Positions 23,360 to 34,495 are shown, counted from the stretch's first letter. The stretch: DNA of 64,000 nt from Salisapilia sapeloensis CBS 127946 (GCA_023334545.1 JAADVB010000061.1:1-64000); one strand, 5' to 3'. Numbers and translations are program-made. The notes: a model not told the origin generated them from the letters alone.

Positions 23360-23486
23360 AATGCAACCAAACTTCAATGTTCGTAACCGTTAGCTGTCAA
23401 ATGTTATGTAACCTGTGGACCAGGAGCCTTCATTTTCATACTTTTGCTCGCTAGCGTTTGGCTCGCAAGCTCTACTTCTTCTAACT

Positions 23487-24331
23487 ATGTCCGCATCCCT
23501 CGCTGCCGTACCTACGAACCGCCTTCTCCAAGAGCTGGAGAAGCGCATTGACTGTGCCAACAAAAAGGAGCGTCGTACCATTTTCATCGGTACTGCTAGA
23601 CGATATTCATTTCCATCCAACGTTTACTAAACGTATTTGACCTAGGTCCTCCTGGCTGTGGCAAAGGAACGCAGTCTCCTCTCGTCAAGGATGAGTACTG
23701 CTTGTGCCACTTGGCCACGGGCGACATGCTCCGTGCTGCCGTCCGTGAAGGTACGGAAATGGGCAAGCAGGCCAAGGCCAAGATGGACGCCGGTGAACTC
23801 GTGAGCGACGAGATCGTTGTCGGCATCATCAAGGACGCCATCAAGGATCCGGAATGCCGTCGTGGGTTCATCCTTGATGGTTTCCCCCGAACCGTCGTGC
23901 AGGCCAAAAAGGTAACCTGCTGTTTATGTGAAAGGAAACGTGTATGCAAATTGACAGCCAATTCGTAGCTCGATGAGATGCTCGCGGAGGAAAACACGCA
24001 AGTCGACCATGTTGTTAACTTCAACATCCCGGACTCGGTGTTGAAAGACCGCATTGCCGGTCGTCGCGTCCACCCGGCGAGTGGTCGCAGCTACCACACC
24101 AAGTTCAACCCACCTAAGGTGGACGGTAAGGACGACATCACAGGCGAACCGTTGATCCAGCGCAAGGACGATGACGTTGGCAAGTTGGCCACTCGTCTTG
24201 ATGCTTTCCACCAGCAGACGCAGCCGGTGATTGACTTTTACAAGTCGCAGGGCAAATTGGCGGACGTGAACGCAAACACGGCTATGAACAACGTGACGGA
24301 GCAACTGCGTGCTAGCCTCGGCCGCGAATAG
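23487..24331 (+). CDS. ADK: Adenylate kinase (AK2-like, with LID domain)
   Basis: Exons 23487-23589, 23646-23911, 23969-24331; [40 protein letters not shown]. Confidence 0.96.
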
Positions 24332-24497
24332 ACTGTTGTAGTCATCTTCCTAGAGTCTTCTTTTCTGGAAGCTTTTGCTAAGTTTTTAGAAAGAAAATCA
24401 ACTCGATTGCAGTATCATTCTTTTTCTTTTGTTGTAGCGATAAGGATTCGTAATGCTACTTCAGTGGACATGAAAGCCATCCACAACAAAACATATC

Positions 24498-25228
24498 ATG
24501 GCATCCCCCGTCCTCACGGCGTACTTGGCGCTCTACAACGCCGTCTCGGCGGCTGGATGGGCCTACGTGCTGTACCTGACTCTTGACAAGGTCTATGAAC
24601 AATATACGATCGGTAGCGACGTCGAGTCCATTGCTCTCGTCGTCTACCGAACGGTCCATGTTCCTCTCCAAGTCGTGCAGTCCGCAGCGATGATGGAGAT
24701 CCTGCACTCTCTCCTCGGATTTGTCCGATCTCCAGTGTCTTCTACTGTCATGCAGGTAGGCTCCCGTCTGTGGCTTGTATGGGCCATCAACTACCTCTGC
24801 CCTTCGTCTCGTGCCACCATCGGTCTGCCCATGATGGTCACGAGCTGGGCACTCGTCGAGGTCCCTCGCTACTCCTTCTACACGATCAACCTGTACACCA
24901 AGCCGCCAGCTTTCCTCACCTTCCTCCGTTACCACCTCTTCATGGTGCTCTACCCTTCCGGTGTCCTCGGTACGTCTCCTATCACTCTATTGTCGATCTC
25001 CATGTACTCATATATGGTACAGGTGAGGTACTCTGCATGCTCAGCGCCCTCCCGGATCTCGAGACTGGCATCTTCTCTGTCCAGATGCCGAACAAGCACA
25101 ACATTTCCATCTCACTGTACATGCTCGTCATCCTCACGCTACTCGTGTACATTCCCGGCCTGCCCGTCATGTACTCGCACATGCTCGTCCAACGCAATCG
25201 TGCGTATGGCAAATCGAAGAAAGAGTAA
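24498..25228 (+). CDS. HACD: Very-long-chain 3-hydroxyacyl-CoA dehydratase (PTPLA/PHS1)
   Basis: Exons 24498-24969, 25023-25228; YLALYN, EILHSLLGFVRS, QVGSRLWLVW, EVPRYSFY, LRYHLFMVLYPSGVLGEV. Confidence 0.94.
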
Positions 25229-25332
25229 GAAAGAAAACAAAAGAAAAGAGTTTAGGAAACAAAATTGTCTTGTCAATATCACGCGTAGACACTTGGACGT
25301 CCATCACAAAAGTATTTTGTACCATTCCGACG

Positions 25333-26550
25333 TTAAAGGGTAGGCGTAGCGCCTGAATCGACTCGTAAGAGACTCTCTGGATCGTCTTCTTCACTTAAAT
25401 TCTCCTTGACTTGATGCGAGATGACAACGACGACGGCGGCAAGGACAGCGACGCCACCGAGAATCGAGAAAGCGATCGTCTGGTTCAATCCAGACTCATT
25501 CGCTTCTGCCTTTTGCTGAGCTCGGAAAGCATTGTAAGCTTCTTCCTCCGACATGCTCCGGTACGAGTCATCCAATTGACTCGCAATATTTTTATACCAC
25601 GCGTGTGCCTTGGCGTTCGATGCTTTTGTTACGGAACCAGACGAGGCAGACGATAACGAGTTTGAGTTTCCACTCGATGACTGTGCTGGCGACTCGGCCG
25701 GTGTATTCGTTGGCTTCAGCGGTGGCACTGTCTGCTGGTATGTTGATGCCTGTGACGGTGGCGTCATCTCTTGCCGCTCTGGCTTGGATGCTGATTCGTC
25801 TGCTGACGACTGTGCTGCCTCTTCAGACGACTGTGCTGCCTCTTGAGACGAGTGGGAGGTACTAGTACTAGACGATGATGCATCGGATGCAGGAGGTACA
25901 ATGATATCTTCTGAGACAGACGAGCCACTAGCTCCAGTGGCACTCCCAGAAGCTTGCTCTGGTGTATCCGGAGAGACTTCTGGTGTATCTTGCGAAACTT
26001 CTGGTGTCTCGGGAGAGACCACTGGTGTATCTGCAGGGATTACAAAAGTGTCGTCAGGGACTTGTGGAATGTCCGGAGATACCTCTGGAGTATCCGGAGA
26101 GACTTCTGGTGTATCGTTTGCGGAAGGAGCTGGATCCATATCGGAGGACTGAACTAAACTTGCTTCAGATGATTGAGATCCATTCGCTTCGGACGATTGA
26201 GATGCATTCGTGTCAGACGATTGGGATGCTGAGGCATTCCCAGAATCGGGCGGAACAAACGGAGGGTCCGTCGGTGCCATCGACGGGGTGTCCAATCCAT
26301 CGGTGAGGATGGGCCGGATCACGTCCTTCGTGGCATTCAACACATTTTCGACCGAATTTTTAAGATTTGCAGCATTCGCGAGCACGGAGCCTGGGCTCTT
26401 CACATTGGTGTCTTGGCCACCAGCCAAGTTGCTTACTATAGACGCTGGGTAGCTGGACGAGTCCTCCTTCTGCTGTGCTAAAGAGTGTGTTTCGCCCGTA
26501 AAGGCGCATACAGCCAGCGCTACGGCATTCAGGTAGAAAACCCACTTCAT
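25333..26550 (-). CDS. Mucin-like Ser/Pro/Glu/Thr-rich type I membrane glycoprotein
   Basis: Signal peptide MKWVFYLNAVALAVCAFTG (ATG 26550); low-complexity stalk with PEVSPDT repeats; C-terminal TM AFSILGGVAVLAAVVVVI. Confidence 0.82.
   Translation of the reverse strand: MKWVFYLNAVALAVCAFTGETHSLAQQKEDSSSYPASIVSNLAGGQDTNVKSPGSVLANAANLKNSVENVLNATKDVIRPILTDGLDTPSMAPTDPPFVPPDSGNASASQSSDTNASQSSEANGSQSSEASLVQSSDMDPAPSANDTPEVSPDTPEVSPDIPQVPDDTFVIPADTPVVSPETPEVSQDTPEVSPDTPEQASGSATGASGSSVSEDIIVPPASDASSSSTSTSHSSQEAAQSSEEAAQSSADESASKPERQEMTPPSQASTYQQTVPPLKPTNTPAESPAQSSSGNSNSLSSASSGSVTKASNAKAHAWYKNIASQLDDSYRSMSEEEAYNAFRAQQKAEANESGLNQTIAFSILGGVAVLAAVVVVISHQVKENLSEEDDPESLLRVDSGATPTL
25959..26116. repeat. 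Coding 21-bp tandem repeat, ~7.5 units (PEVSP[D/E]T)
   Basis: Unit ctggtgtatccggagagactt with variants starting at 25959, 25980, 26001, 26022, 26043, 26064, 26085, 26106. Confidence 0.9.
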
Positions 26551-26984
26551 CCGTACGGTCGAAAGAACTTCAGTGCGTGAAGGCAAGTCGGAAGTTAGTC
26601 TCCATCACTTCATATTACGCGAAAATGGCTGTTGCGTGCACACAACAGAAAAAGGGTGTTTTTAATCACGAAATACACAACGCAAGTGAATCAGACGAGT
26701 ACGTGCAGTACAAAACGGTGTCTTTATTCCAGATGGGAAGGCAGATGTACTCACTACTTCCTCCATTGACTTGACTTAAGTATACCCGCCTGACGTGTCG
26801 CCCATCACTATGCCGTCGCTCGATCGTCTGCAGCAAGGAAGACCTAAGGCACTATATCCGCTCGTAGGCTTCATCAATCCAAACTGTATCTTATTCCACC
26901 TTTTATTGTGGTATCCTAGCTATGACGAGATGTACAACTACCCACCAAGGCGCGAGTCCACCGTCGTCTTCTTCCGCCGGCGTT

Positions 26985-28001
26985 CTAATGAGAAATCATA
27001 AATTGACATGGTGATGGTACAGATGGCTGGCATACAAACATACTGATTAAAGGAGAGCTGGTCGTTGGTACGCCACTGGATCGCGTCGATCCGTTGCCGC
27101 TCACGCTGTCGAGCGGGAAGGACCGACGGACGTCCGACGGAGGCTGGAGACGCAAGTCGCATTGCTTCCGCTCTAAACTCTTAAGAGAGACATGGATACG
27201 ACTTCCACCTAAAAGCGTCACTTTCACACCATCCGACTGCACGTCCGTGAGCTCTCCATAGAGCTCTTCCTCGGATAGTTTCGACGTCACGATCACACGA
27301 TCGCCTGCCTTAATCCGGCGGGATGCATCACTACCTAATGCAATCGACTGTTCCTGTTCCTGTAAGATGACCGCCGGCGTTCCTCTCCTAGACGTTCGTC
27401 GACCACTATGCTTCGTAGTAGATGCTTCTTGCGTATACTTCTGAATGCATTCCACTTCTCTCAGCACTTCCTTGGCAATCCGTTGGGCGGATGGGATGCT
27501 ATGCACGAGGTGCTGGAGATTAAAAATCTTTTGATTTTGGGCTAAGGAAGTCTGGATTTCAGCTTCTAGCTCATCCTTCTCCACTTCCATCTTGTCAGGC
27601 TCTGTATCATTCACATCTAAACGCTTTCTCGTTCCTTGTTTAGCTTGGTGAGAAGGATCGAGCCGTCGGTCGATATGACGTAGCTGGCGTCTCGCCTTTG
27701 CTAGCATCCGTCGACGCAGCCTCCGACGTTCATCCTGAAAGACATCATCTGCTTGCTGTAATTCATACTCCAACTGATCATACCCGTTCTGTTTATTCAA
27801 ATCGTGATGCACTCGAGCCGAATCAAGCGCTCGTTTGCGCTCCTTCTCGAACGGCCGACACTGCGCAATATACGCCACGAGCTCCCCACTCCGTAGACTA
27901 TCAAGCTGACCTTTTGCTCGGTCTATTTGTTCCTGATAGATCTGTTTCTCTAGCTCCAATAGCTCTCGTACATTCAGCCCACTCGTCCGCTCCGTCGCCA
28001 T
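26985..28001 (-). CDS. Sds3/BRMS1-like coiled-coil protein (Sin3-HDAC-associated family); 3' end probably spliced further
   Basis: LELEKQIYQEQIDRAKGQLDSLRSG...ELQQADDVFQDERRRLRRRML pattern; GTATGT donor near 27042 with acceptor near 26985. Confidence 0.6.
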   Translation of the reverse strand: MATERTSGLNVRELLELEKQIYQEQIDRAKGQLDSLRSGELVAYIAQCRPFEKERKRALDSARVHHDLNKQNGYDQLEYELQQADDVFQDERRRLRRRMLAKARRQLRHIDRRLDPSHQAKQGTRKRLDVNDTEPDKMEVEKDELEAEIQTSLAQNQKIFNLQHLVHSIPSAQRIAKEVLREVECIQKYTQEASTTKHSGRRTSRRGTPAVILQEQEQSIALGSDASRRIKAGDRVIVTSKLSEEELYGELTDVQSDGVKVTLLGGSRIHVSLKSLERKQCDLRLQPPSDVRRSFPLDSVSGNGSTRSSGVPTTSSPLISMFVCQPSVPSPCQFMISH

Positions 28002-28206
28002 CTTCTCTTCTCATCTACTTTCATAATAATGCGCATATTAAATGAAGATATACCCTTTGTCCTATTATAATCAAACACTTTTCTGTGTATCAATACACGT
28101 AATAAATAAAGACATATATAGTGTCCTGCTAAAAACAGATACTCTTCCTCCTCGGACTGACTCGGAGCACCCATCTCTACCTCTACTAGCCATCGGACGT
28201 GGGAGA

Positions 28207-30405
28207 ATGAACTTTCATTTTCTTCTAGCAGCTCTAGTAGCTGCTACAAGTACTACCTTGACACTCGCGTCGGAATCTACTTCTGGTAAAGCGGAGCATC
28301 TAATAGCACAAGGAGGCGAATGCGTACGTCTGTTCCATAGCCAAGGAGATATTGGTTGTCGGAGCGTCTCGGACGAAGAGATGGCACCTCTCTACCCTGT
28401 ACGTACAAAGGACGACTTGGATACGTTCTTCCAACAAGCTTCAGTGAATGATAAGCATGCACTCGTCTTGCCAGAACACTTACTATCGTCTCAAGTCTAT
28501 GACAAAGGCCGAGACGTGATTGCCGGTCTCTTCGTTTATCCGATTTATGGAAATCGTAGCTATGAAGGTCTAGACGACCATAAGCTCTCGAACGTCTCGT
28601 ATGCTTCGACCATGCCACAAGGTCATGGCAGTCCAGACGCTAAGCTCAATCCATTTGCATCGAAAAAAGTCGAATGGAATCCGCAGGGTAGAGATCTACT
28701 AGATAAATCCGTTCCTTTTCCAGTCGTTCTTTTACAAGATGAAAAAGTAGCAACAGAATATCTCGATCGGGCTGATACAAACGTACAGGATGGACCTGGC
28801 GCGACGTACAAAGCCTATATGAAGTACTACTTTGGTCCGAAAGAAATGAACTCCACGACATGTCTGCTCTTCCGGAACATCTACGGCACGAGATCCCCCA
28901 AATGTGATCCGATCGGTGGACAAAGCACTTTTGCCTATCGTGGACCGGACAAAGCCAAGGACGTCGTCCTCGTCATGGCATCCATGGATGCCACAGCACT
29001 CTCCCACGTCCTCACGCCAGGCGCAAACGCCGGCGCCTCCGGTCTCGTCGCGCTCCTCGCAGCAGCCAAAGCGCTTCAGGCCATCCCGGACAATAAACTT
29101 GAAAAACGTCTCGTCTTCACGACGTTCCAAGCTGAGAGCTACGGTTTCGTCGGCTCCCGTCGCTTCTTATCTGACCTCAAGCACTTTCAGAAGAAGGATG
29201 CATGCAAGCATCCAGTAAAAGACTCTTCCTCGATCTTTGGCAGTCAGTTCTGTACCCAGCCAATGCTATCGAGCACAACGTTTGCCGATAAATTGTCACT
29301 CGACAGCATCTCGTACGCCATTGCAGTCGATCAAGTCGGTCGTCTATCATCTTCGAACAACTTCACTTTGCATTTGAATCCAAATAGCAATACCTCCTCC
29401 AACCTCCTCGATACGATGCAAAAGGTCCCAGGCGCTAGTTCCCATAAAGTATCTTCAGGATCGACGAACTCTATCCCTCCTTCTCCTCTACTTTCATTCT
29501 TGAATGAAAAAGAGTATGGAGATAAGAAACTAGTCAGTGGTGTCTTCACTGGCTATGACGATGCATTCGTCCAAGGCATGTATCACAGTCGTTTTGATAC
29601 ATTAGATGCCGTGGACAGTCAGAACGTCGTGAATGCTGCCCAGATACTTGCTGAAACAGTCTTGACATTAGCGACAGGAAACGATTCGAGTAGTGACGTA
29701 GACAAGGTTGTAGTGGACAAAGAACTAGTAGAGAACTTGATGACGTGTGTCGTCAGCAACTGGACGTGTGATCTCTTCACAGAGTACACGCAAAGGTTCT
29801 TGGAGTCATCCATCGAGTACATGGGACTCACAGACACTTCCCAACCGACGTACAAGATCCCAGCGACCTTGTACGCTGGTCCGATGAATGACGACCGGAT
29901 GATGCTTGTACGAGAGCTATCGGGAGATGGACTCTACCGGACGATGCTCAACGACTCGTGGTCGGATGATAACTACGCTATCAATTTGTTCCCGAATGCC
30001 TACGAGATGTTCACTCGAGCCTTCTTGGCGTCTGCGATGGCGCCAGGGAAAGATGTCGGGAGTAAGAGTGATGCTGGTGAGTGCACCAAGAGTCAGGATT
30101 GCGATGGGCATGGCAAGGAGTGCGTCTATCCTGGCGTTTGTGCTACTCAACAAGCCTTCTTCCATGAAGCACTGTCTCCTGGTCTCCAACGCACTGACCA
30201 GTTGATGGAGTTCGATGTCATCGATGACTCCATGCCACTCTGGACGGAACCGACGTGGGCAGCAGACATTGGTTCGTACGTTTTCCCGGATCCAGGGCCA
30301 GTCGTCGGATGGGTGGCACTTGCTGTCGGTGTCGTAGTGACGATCGTAGGTGTCTTTGCTGCTCGCTTCGTCCTTGGCGCCGTCGAGAAACGGAAACTGC
30401 TTTAA
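28207..30405 (+). CDS. NCSTN: Nicastrin (gamma-secretase subunit)
   Basis: Signal peptide; CVRLFHSQGDIGC; CDPIGGQS; GANAGASGLVALL; FQAESYGFVGSRRFL; YHSRFD; WTEPTW; single C-terminal TM. Confidence 0.92.
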   Translation: MNFHFLLAALVAATSTTLTLASESTSGKAEHLIAQGGECVRLFHSQGDIGCRSVSDEEMAPLYPVRTKDDLDTFFQQASVNDKHALVLPEHLLSSQVYDKGRDVIAGLFVYPIYGNRSYEGLDDHKLSNVSYASTMPQGHGSPDAKLNPFASKKVEWNPQGRDLLDKSVPFPVVLLQDEKVATEYLDRADTNVQDGPGATYKAYMKYYFGPKEMNSTTCLLFRNIYGTRSPKCDPIGGQSTFAYRGPDKAKDVVLVMASMDATALSHVLTPGANAGASGLVALLAAAKALQAIPDNKLEKRLVFTTFQAESYGFVGSRRFLSDLKHFQKKDACKHPVKDSSSIFGSQFCTQPMLSSTTFADKLSLDSISYAIAVDQVGRLSSSNNFTLHLNPNSNTSSNLLDTMQKVPGASSHKVSSGSTNSIPPSPLLSFLNEKEYGDKKLVSGVFTGYDDAFVQGMYHSRFDTLDAVDSQNVVNAAQILAETVLTLATGNDSSSDVDKVVVDKELVENLMTCVVSNWTCDLFTEYTQRFLESSIEYMGLTDTSQPTYKIPATLYAGPMNDDRMMLVRELSGDGLYRTMLNDSWSDDNYAINLFPNAYEMFTRAFLASAMAPGKDVGSKSDAGECTKSQDCDGHGKECVYPGVCATQQAFFHEALSPGLQRTDQLMEFDVIDDSMPLWTEPTWAADIGSYVFPDPGPVVGWVALAVGVVVTIVGVFAARFVLGAVEKRKLL

Positions 30406-30485
30406 CTTTCTTTGAATACAAGACAAATGACAAACGCATTCGAGTGTTGCGGAAGAGTTTCGTACATTGATAGACATGCCTAGTC

Positions 30486-31883
30486 TTATGTGTCTACTTG
30501 CTGGTCATCTCGATCTCCAGCTTCCAATCCGTCCAAGTTTCCAAGTTCGCCACCTTGGAAGTCAACATCTGCTCCGTCCATAGGACGAGCACCCATTGGA
30601 GCAATGTCTGCTGTGCCATAGCAAGCACAGTCTCCTTCACAAGCAAAGCATGCGACGAGGACGATGGACAGGAAGAAGAGGAAGAGGACCATGTCGGTGT
30701 AAAAGAAGACCATGCCTTGCATGTACTCGTCTGGAGATAGTCTCTCGTTCATGCAAAGAGCATCGTAGGAGAACCACATGACTAGCAACAACGTTCCACC
30801 GAGAGAAATGGCTAATTCGATCGTTGTCACTTGACCTTCTAAAGCTGTAAAGTAGATGATTAAAGCGACAATAGCTACAATCGTATAGGACGTCAGGAGG
30901 AGTGCTGGGTACGTAATAAGGTGCTTCGAAGACTGAAAAATTTCTAATGTCTCTTGGATCACACTATGCTCATCTTCTACGTGTTCATCTTCTGAACCTT
31001 GCATTTGGACAACTGCATTCGGCTCGATCTCATGATTTGATTTTTGCTCCTTTGTGGATTCTATAGGTTGTGATGGCTGGATCTTGGTTCTAGTGATCGT
31101 GCACAAGACCGTCGTGAGGCCCATGATACCTAAGAGGATGCAGGAAATGAATGCAGTTGCATTTGCATCGAAATACGCATCACAGCCGGCAAAAAAGACG
31201 CTTTGGAAGAGCGTGTAGATGACGAGTACGATGAAATTCCAAGGATAGCGATACTTTAAGAGGTAGAGTGCGAGGAGACCGGCAATCATGATGGCGAAAG
31301 CTCCGAACAAGTAACCCAGATCACCAGCAAACGTTGACTCAAACCACGATTCAAAAGGATCTACGGATCGAAAGACAGTCAAGAGAGCTACGACGGTGAA
31401 TAGTTGGAGTGTGAATAGCATGAACAACTTGCGTCGAAACCCTTGCTGGATTTCCACTGGCATATGGATGACTGCAAACGGGTCATCCAGAAGATTGGAT
31501 CCGGTTTGAAAGACAGAGAGCGAGATCACCGTCCGTGATTCCATCAAGTTGGACTCAAACTGTCGTTTGATAGTTTCAAAAAACTTTTGCTCCTTCTCAG
31601 TCGCTCCTGTCTCCTTTTGTTTCGTCTTCAAATGATTAAGTAGTATCGTTCCTCGACGATAATGTTGTCGTTGTTTCGGCGATTCATTCGTATTATTCAC
31701 ATCTTTTCGACTCAACAGCCTTGATATTCGATCTGTTAACGATGCAGACCTCGCTTCTTGCTCTTCCGTGATAACATTTACATTCTCTTCTTCCATCTCC
31801 CACGTAGCTCGAACCGGTGGTCGGACCTGATCTACATCGTCCGATTGCACATTCTGATCGCCTTTTTTCTCCATCTCCATCAT
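30486..31883 (-). CDS. TMBIM/Bax inhibitor-1 (Lifeguard-type) membrane protein
   Basis: GFRRKLFMLFTLQL, KYRYPWNFIVL, LSPDEYMQGMVFFYTDMV; about 7 hydrophobic segments plus acidic insert and tail. Confidence 0.85.
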   Translation of the reverse strand: MMEMEKKGDQNVQSDDVDQVRPPVRATWEMEEENVNVITEEQEARSASLTDRISRLLSRKDVNNTNESPKQRQHYRRGTILLNHLKTKQKETGATEKEQKFFETIKRQFESNLMESRTVISLSVFQTGSNLLDDPFAVIHMPVEIQQGFRRKLFMLFTLQLFTVVALLTVFRSVDPFESWFESTFAGDLGYLFGAFAIMIAGLLALYLLKYRYPWNFIVLVIYTLFQSVFFAGCDAYFDANATAFISCILLGIMGLTTVLCTITRTKIQPSQPIESTKEQKSNHEIEPNAVVQMQGSEDEHVEDEHSVIQETLEIFQSSKHLITYPALLLTSYTIVAIVALIIYFTALEGQVTTIELAISLGGTLLLVMWFSYDALCMNERLSPDEYMQGMVFFYTDMVLFLFFLSIVLVACFACEGDCACYGTADIAPMGARPMDGADVDFQGGELGNLDGLEAGDRDDQQVDT

Positions 31884-32096
31884 CGTAAGTTTCTACAAAG
31901 CAATCTCTATCAATTCACGAGACTACTAGCAACCACAACATGGAAAACGGTCGACAGACAACCTATTAATAGTTTATACTTGAAATCTAGCTACTTTCTA
32001 CCTATAGGAGCTCGTAATCTGCGATTGGACGAAATACGACACCTCGCAGACACATCTGCGAAACTACGCTCATAGCATTTTCTCCTCCTTGTGCCC

Positions 32097-33836
32097 ATGG
32101 ACGATTCGAGTGATCAGGAGAAGGAGAAGGAGAACTTTTCTTCGAGTCGTCGACTAGGAAAGAAAGTCTTGCATGAGATTAAGAGCGTCGCGCGTATGAG
32201 TCCAGCGCATACACCGAGGGAAAGCCCGACCTCTCCACCAGATCTGAGTGCATCCAAAAGTCCGCTCGAACTGCCCCCGCAGGAAGACGTGTCGGACAGT
32301 GACGACGAGAATGAAGATTTACGTGAACAATTTAAAGCACAGCACCACAAGTTCCATACGGATGGGTCGTTAGACATTAAAGGTATGACGTCCCCTCCGA
32401 ACTCTGGTCCGAAACCCAAGACATGTGCCTTATGCCATCGATCCTTCACGGTCTTTCGAGCGAAACACACTTGCCAGCTCTGTCATCGTCGTGTCTGCGA
32501 CGACTGTAGCAAGAGTCGAGTGCGACTGTACATGCCTCGAGAACGCAAACGAGGATCGAGACTCTGTGATCCGTGTGCTAAAAGCATACACGCAACCGGC
32601 TCTCCTCGTGTCTCGGACTTGGCACCGACGGAGCAAGGGCAACTCGCGCGTCGAAAGTCTCTACCGAACACAGCAGACGCGTCACCTCCGCTACTACATC
32701 GTCGAAACAGTAGTGCCGACTTGACGCCTCGCACGAGTGAAGTAAAGGACGAGAATGGCGTCACGAGAGTACGTCGGTCGACGTCGGCGCCATTGCAACC
32801 GACGCTAAGCGTGACGTGGGAACGAAAGATAAACACATGGATGAACAAACTGAGTGCATCGGACATGAATGATCCGACGCATCTACGTAGTCGACATCGG
32901 CTGCCGTTTCTACTAGTCTGTGGCTGTATCCTACTCCGTCTTGCGATTGCTGATGCACCGATTATCGGCGAATCCTTCTGGCTTGTCGAAACGTTAGACT
33001 GGTTTCTATCTTTACGTCTCGTCGTGTCCTACCTCTTGGCACTCATCCTCTTTGATGAGTTCTTTACGCAGGAAGAGAGCCGACGACCTCGACGAAGGAA
33101 GAGCTCGGCTGTCCCGACTCGTACGTCACAAACGAATGGGGAACCGGAAGAAGAGATTCAAGTCGATACGGGAGAAGAAAAGATGGAGGAGAATCTCAGC
33201 TTTGAGAAACTCGTCTATCGACTTGCAGAGTGCGTCGAACGTCGGACGCCGCAAGGAGAATTGACCATGGGTGCATTCATGGAAGCTTGCAACCACACCT
33301 GTAGCTTTGTGCTTGTCTTTGGTCGAGCGACGTCGTTTGCTGCGAGTACCGTTGGCGGGTACATCGAGACTGTGCACAAGAATGTGGCGCAATGGCCCGA
33401 ACCAGAGACGGGAGCGTGGGATACCATGAGCTTGCGGTCGATCATCGAGCACGAAGTGGACGAACAGGTCGCAACAATCGGTGGCAAGAAGCAACCGTCC
33501 TGCTGTCGTTGTATCCTTCGTCTTCTCTGGTTCCTACAGTTTGTCCAAGCATGCATCAAGTACACAATGCTTGAGTCAGAGAGTGAGAACTGTGCTGCTG
33601 GTGCGACCAAAGCGTACGAAGAGACATTGGGGAAGAGACATCCGTGGATCATCCGCAAGGGTGTCGTCAGTGCATTTGGTACGATTCCCACTCGCTCGGA
33701 TTTGATACGGGAGATGCATGTGGATGAACTTCCGGACGGCTTCGACAGTGTCCGGTTGACGCAGGAAAGGATGGAGCGGATTGCGATTGAGGTGGAGAAG
33801 TTGATGCAGAAGCATGACCTGTTGGACATTAAATAG
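32097..33836 (+). CDS. FYVE-type zinc finger + TM hairpin + GLTP/CPTP lipid-transfer domain protein
   Basis: CALC..F..FRAKHTCQLC.RRVCDDC...RLCDPC; hydrophobic segment at aa ~270-325; SCCRCILRLLWFLQF and KAYEETLGKRHPWIIRKGV. Confidence 0.87.
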   Translation: MDDSSDQEKEKENFSSSRRLGKKVLHEIKSVARMSPAHTPRESPTSPPDLSASKSPLELPPQEDVSDSDDENEDLREQFKAQHHKFHTDGSLDIKGMTSPPNSGPKPKTCALCHRSFTVFRAKHTCQLCHRRVCDDCSKSRVRLYMPRERKRGSRLCDPCAKSIHATGSPRVSDLAPTEQGQLARRKSLPNTADASPPLLHRRNSSADLTPRTSEVKDENGVTRVRRSTSAPLQPTLSVTWERKINTWMNKLSASDMNDPTHLRSRHRLPFLLVCGCILLRLAIADAPIIGESFWLVETLDWFLSLRLVVSYLLALILFDEFFTQEESRRPRRRKSSAVPTRTSQTNGEPEEEIQVDTGEEKMEENLSFEKLVYRLAECVERRTPQGELTMGAFMEACNHTCSFVLVFGRATSFAASTVGGYIETVHKNVAQWPEPETGAWDTMSLRSIIEHEVDEQVATIGGKKQPSCCRCILRLLWFLQFVQACIKYTMLESESENCAAGATKAYEETLGKRHPWIIRKGVVSAFGTIPTRSDLIREMHVDELPDGFDSVRLTQERMERIAIEVEKLMQKHDLLDIK

Positions 33837-33985
33837 ACGTTGAATTACTTTCAGTGAACTGACAAGATACGAATCATTCCTTGCAGGCAATGGTCTTTGT
33901 TTGTCGATTTGTTTCTTAATAATATCACATGCAAAAGAGAATCCGTCCTTACGCTTGGGGGAACTCTTGCTTTTGGCCAATGGAT

Positions 33986-34495
33986 TTAAGCAGACGAAGA
34001 AGCCTTCTTCGTTTCCTCCGCAGCTTCGTTCGTCAAACTCTTCGACTGATAGTCCTTGATCGCAGCCTTAATCGCGTCCTCGGCGAGCATCGAGCAGTGG
34101 AGCTTGACAGGCGGCAGCTTCAAGTGGCTGGCAATATCCGTGTTCTTAATCTTGAGCGAATCGTCAACAGTCTTGCCCTTGAGCCACTCGGTCACAACAG
34201 ACGAGGACGCAATGGCCGATCCGCAGCCAAACGTCTTGAATTTGGAGTTGACGATGCGGCCCTCGTCGTCCACTTCGATCTGGAGCTTCATGACGTCACC
34301 GCAAGCAGGCGCGCCGACGAGTCCCGTGCCGACGTTCTTGGCATTCTTGTCGAGCGACCCGACGTTGCGCGGGTTCTCGTAGTGGTCAATCACATTGTCA
34401 TGGTACAGACGCGTGGTGCCGGCGTTCATTGGGGCAGATGCAACCGCCGGACGGGATGCCGTGAGAGAACGTTTGAAAGCAGCGCGCGCGAGCAT
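33986..34495 (-). CDS. ISCU: Mitochondrial Fe-S cluster scaffold IscU/Isu1
   Basis: Presequence MLARAAFKRSL; YHDNVIDHYENPRNVG, APACGDVMKLQI, FGCGSAIASSS, LPPVKLHCSMLAEDAI. Confidence 0.97.
   Translation of the reverse strand: MLARAAFKRSLTASRPAVASAPMNAGTTRLYHDNVIDHYENPRNVGSLDKNAKNVGTGLVGAPACGDVMKLQIEVDDEGRIVNSKFKTFGCGSAIASSSVVTEWLKGKTVDDSLKIKNTDIASHLKLPPVKLHCSMLAEDAIKAAIKDYQSKSLTNEAAEETKKASSSA

Noticed and set aside
22804-23377. Phe/Leu-rich 'membrane' ORFs on the minus strand
   Set aside because: They are simply the reverse complement of AAG/AAA Lys codons in the Kelch protein tail.
25959-26116. Regular direct repeats resembling a CRISPR array
   Set aside because: No unique spacers; in-frame 21-bp coding repeat in a eukaryotic gene.
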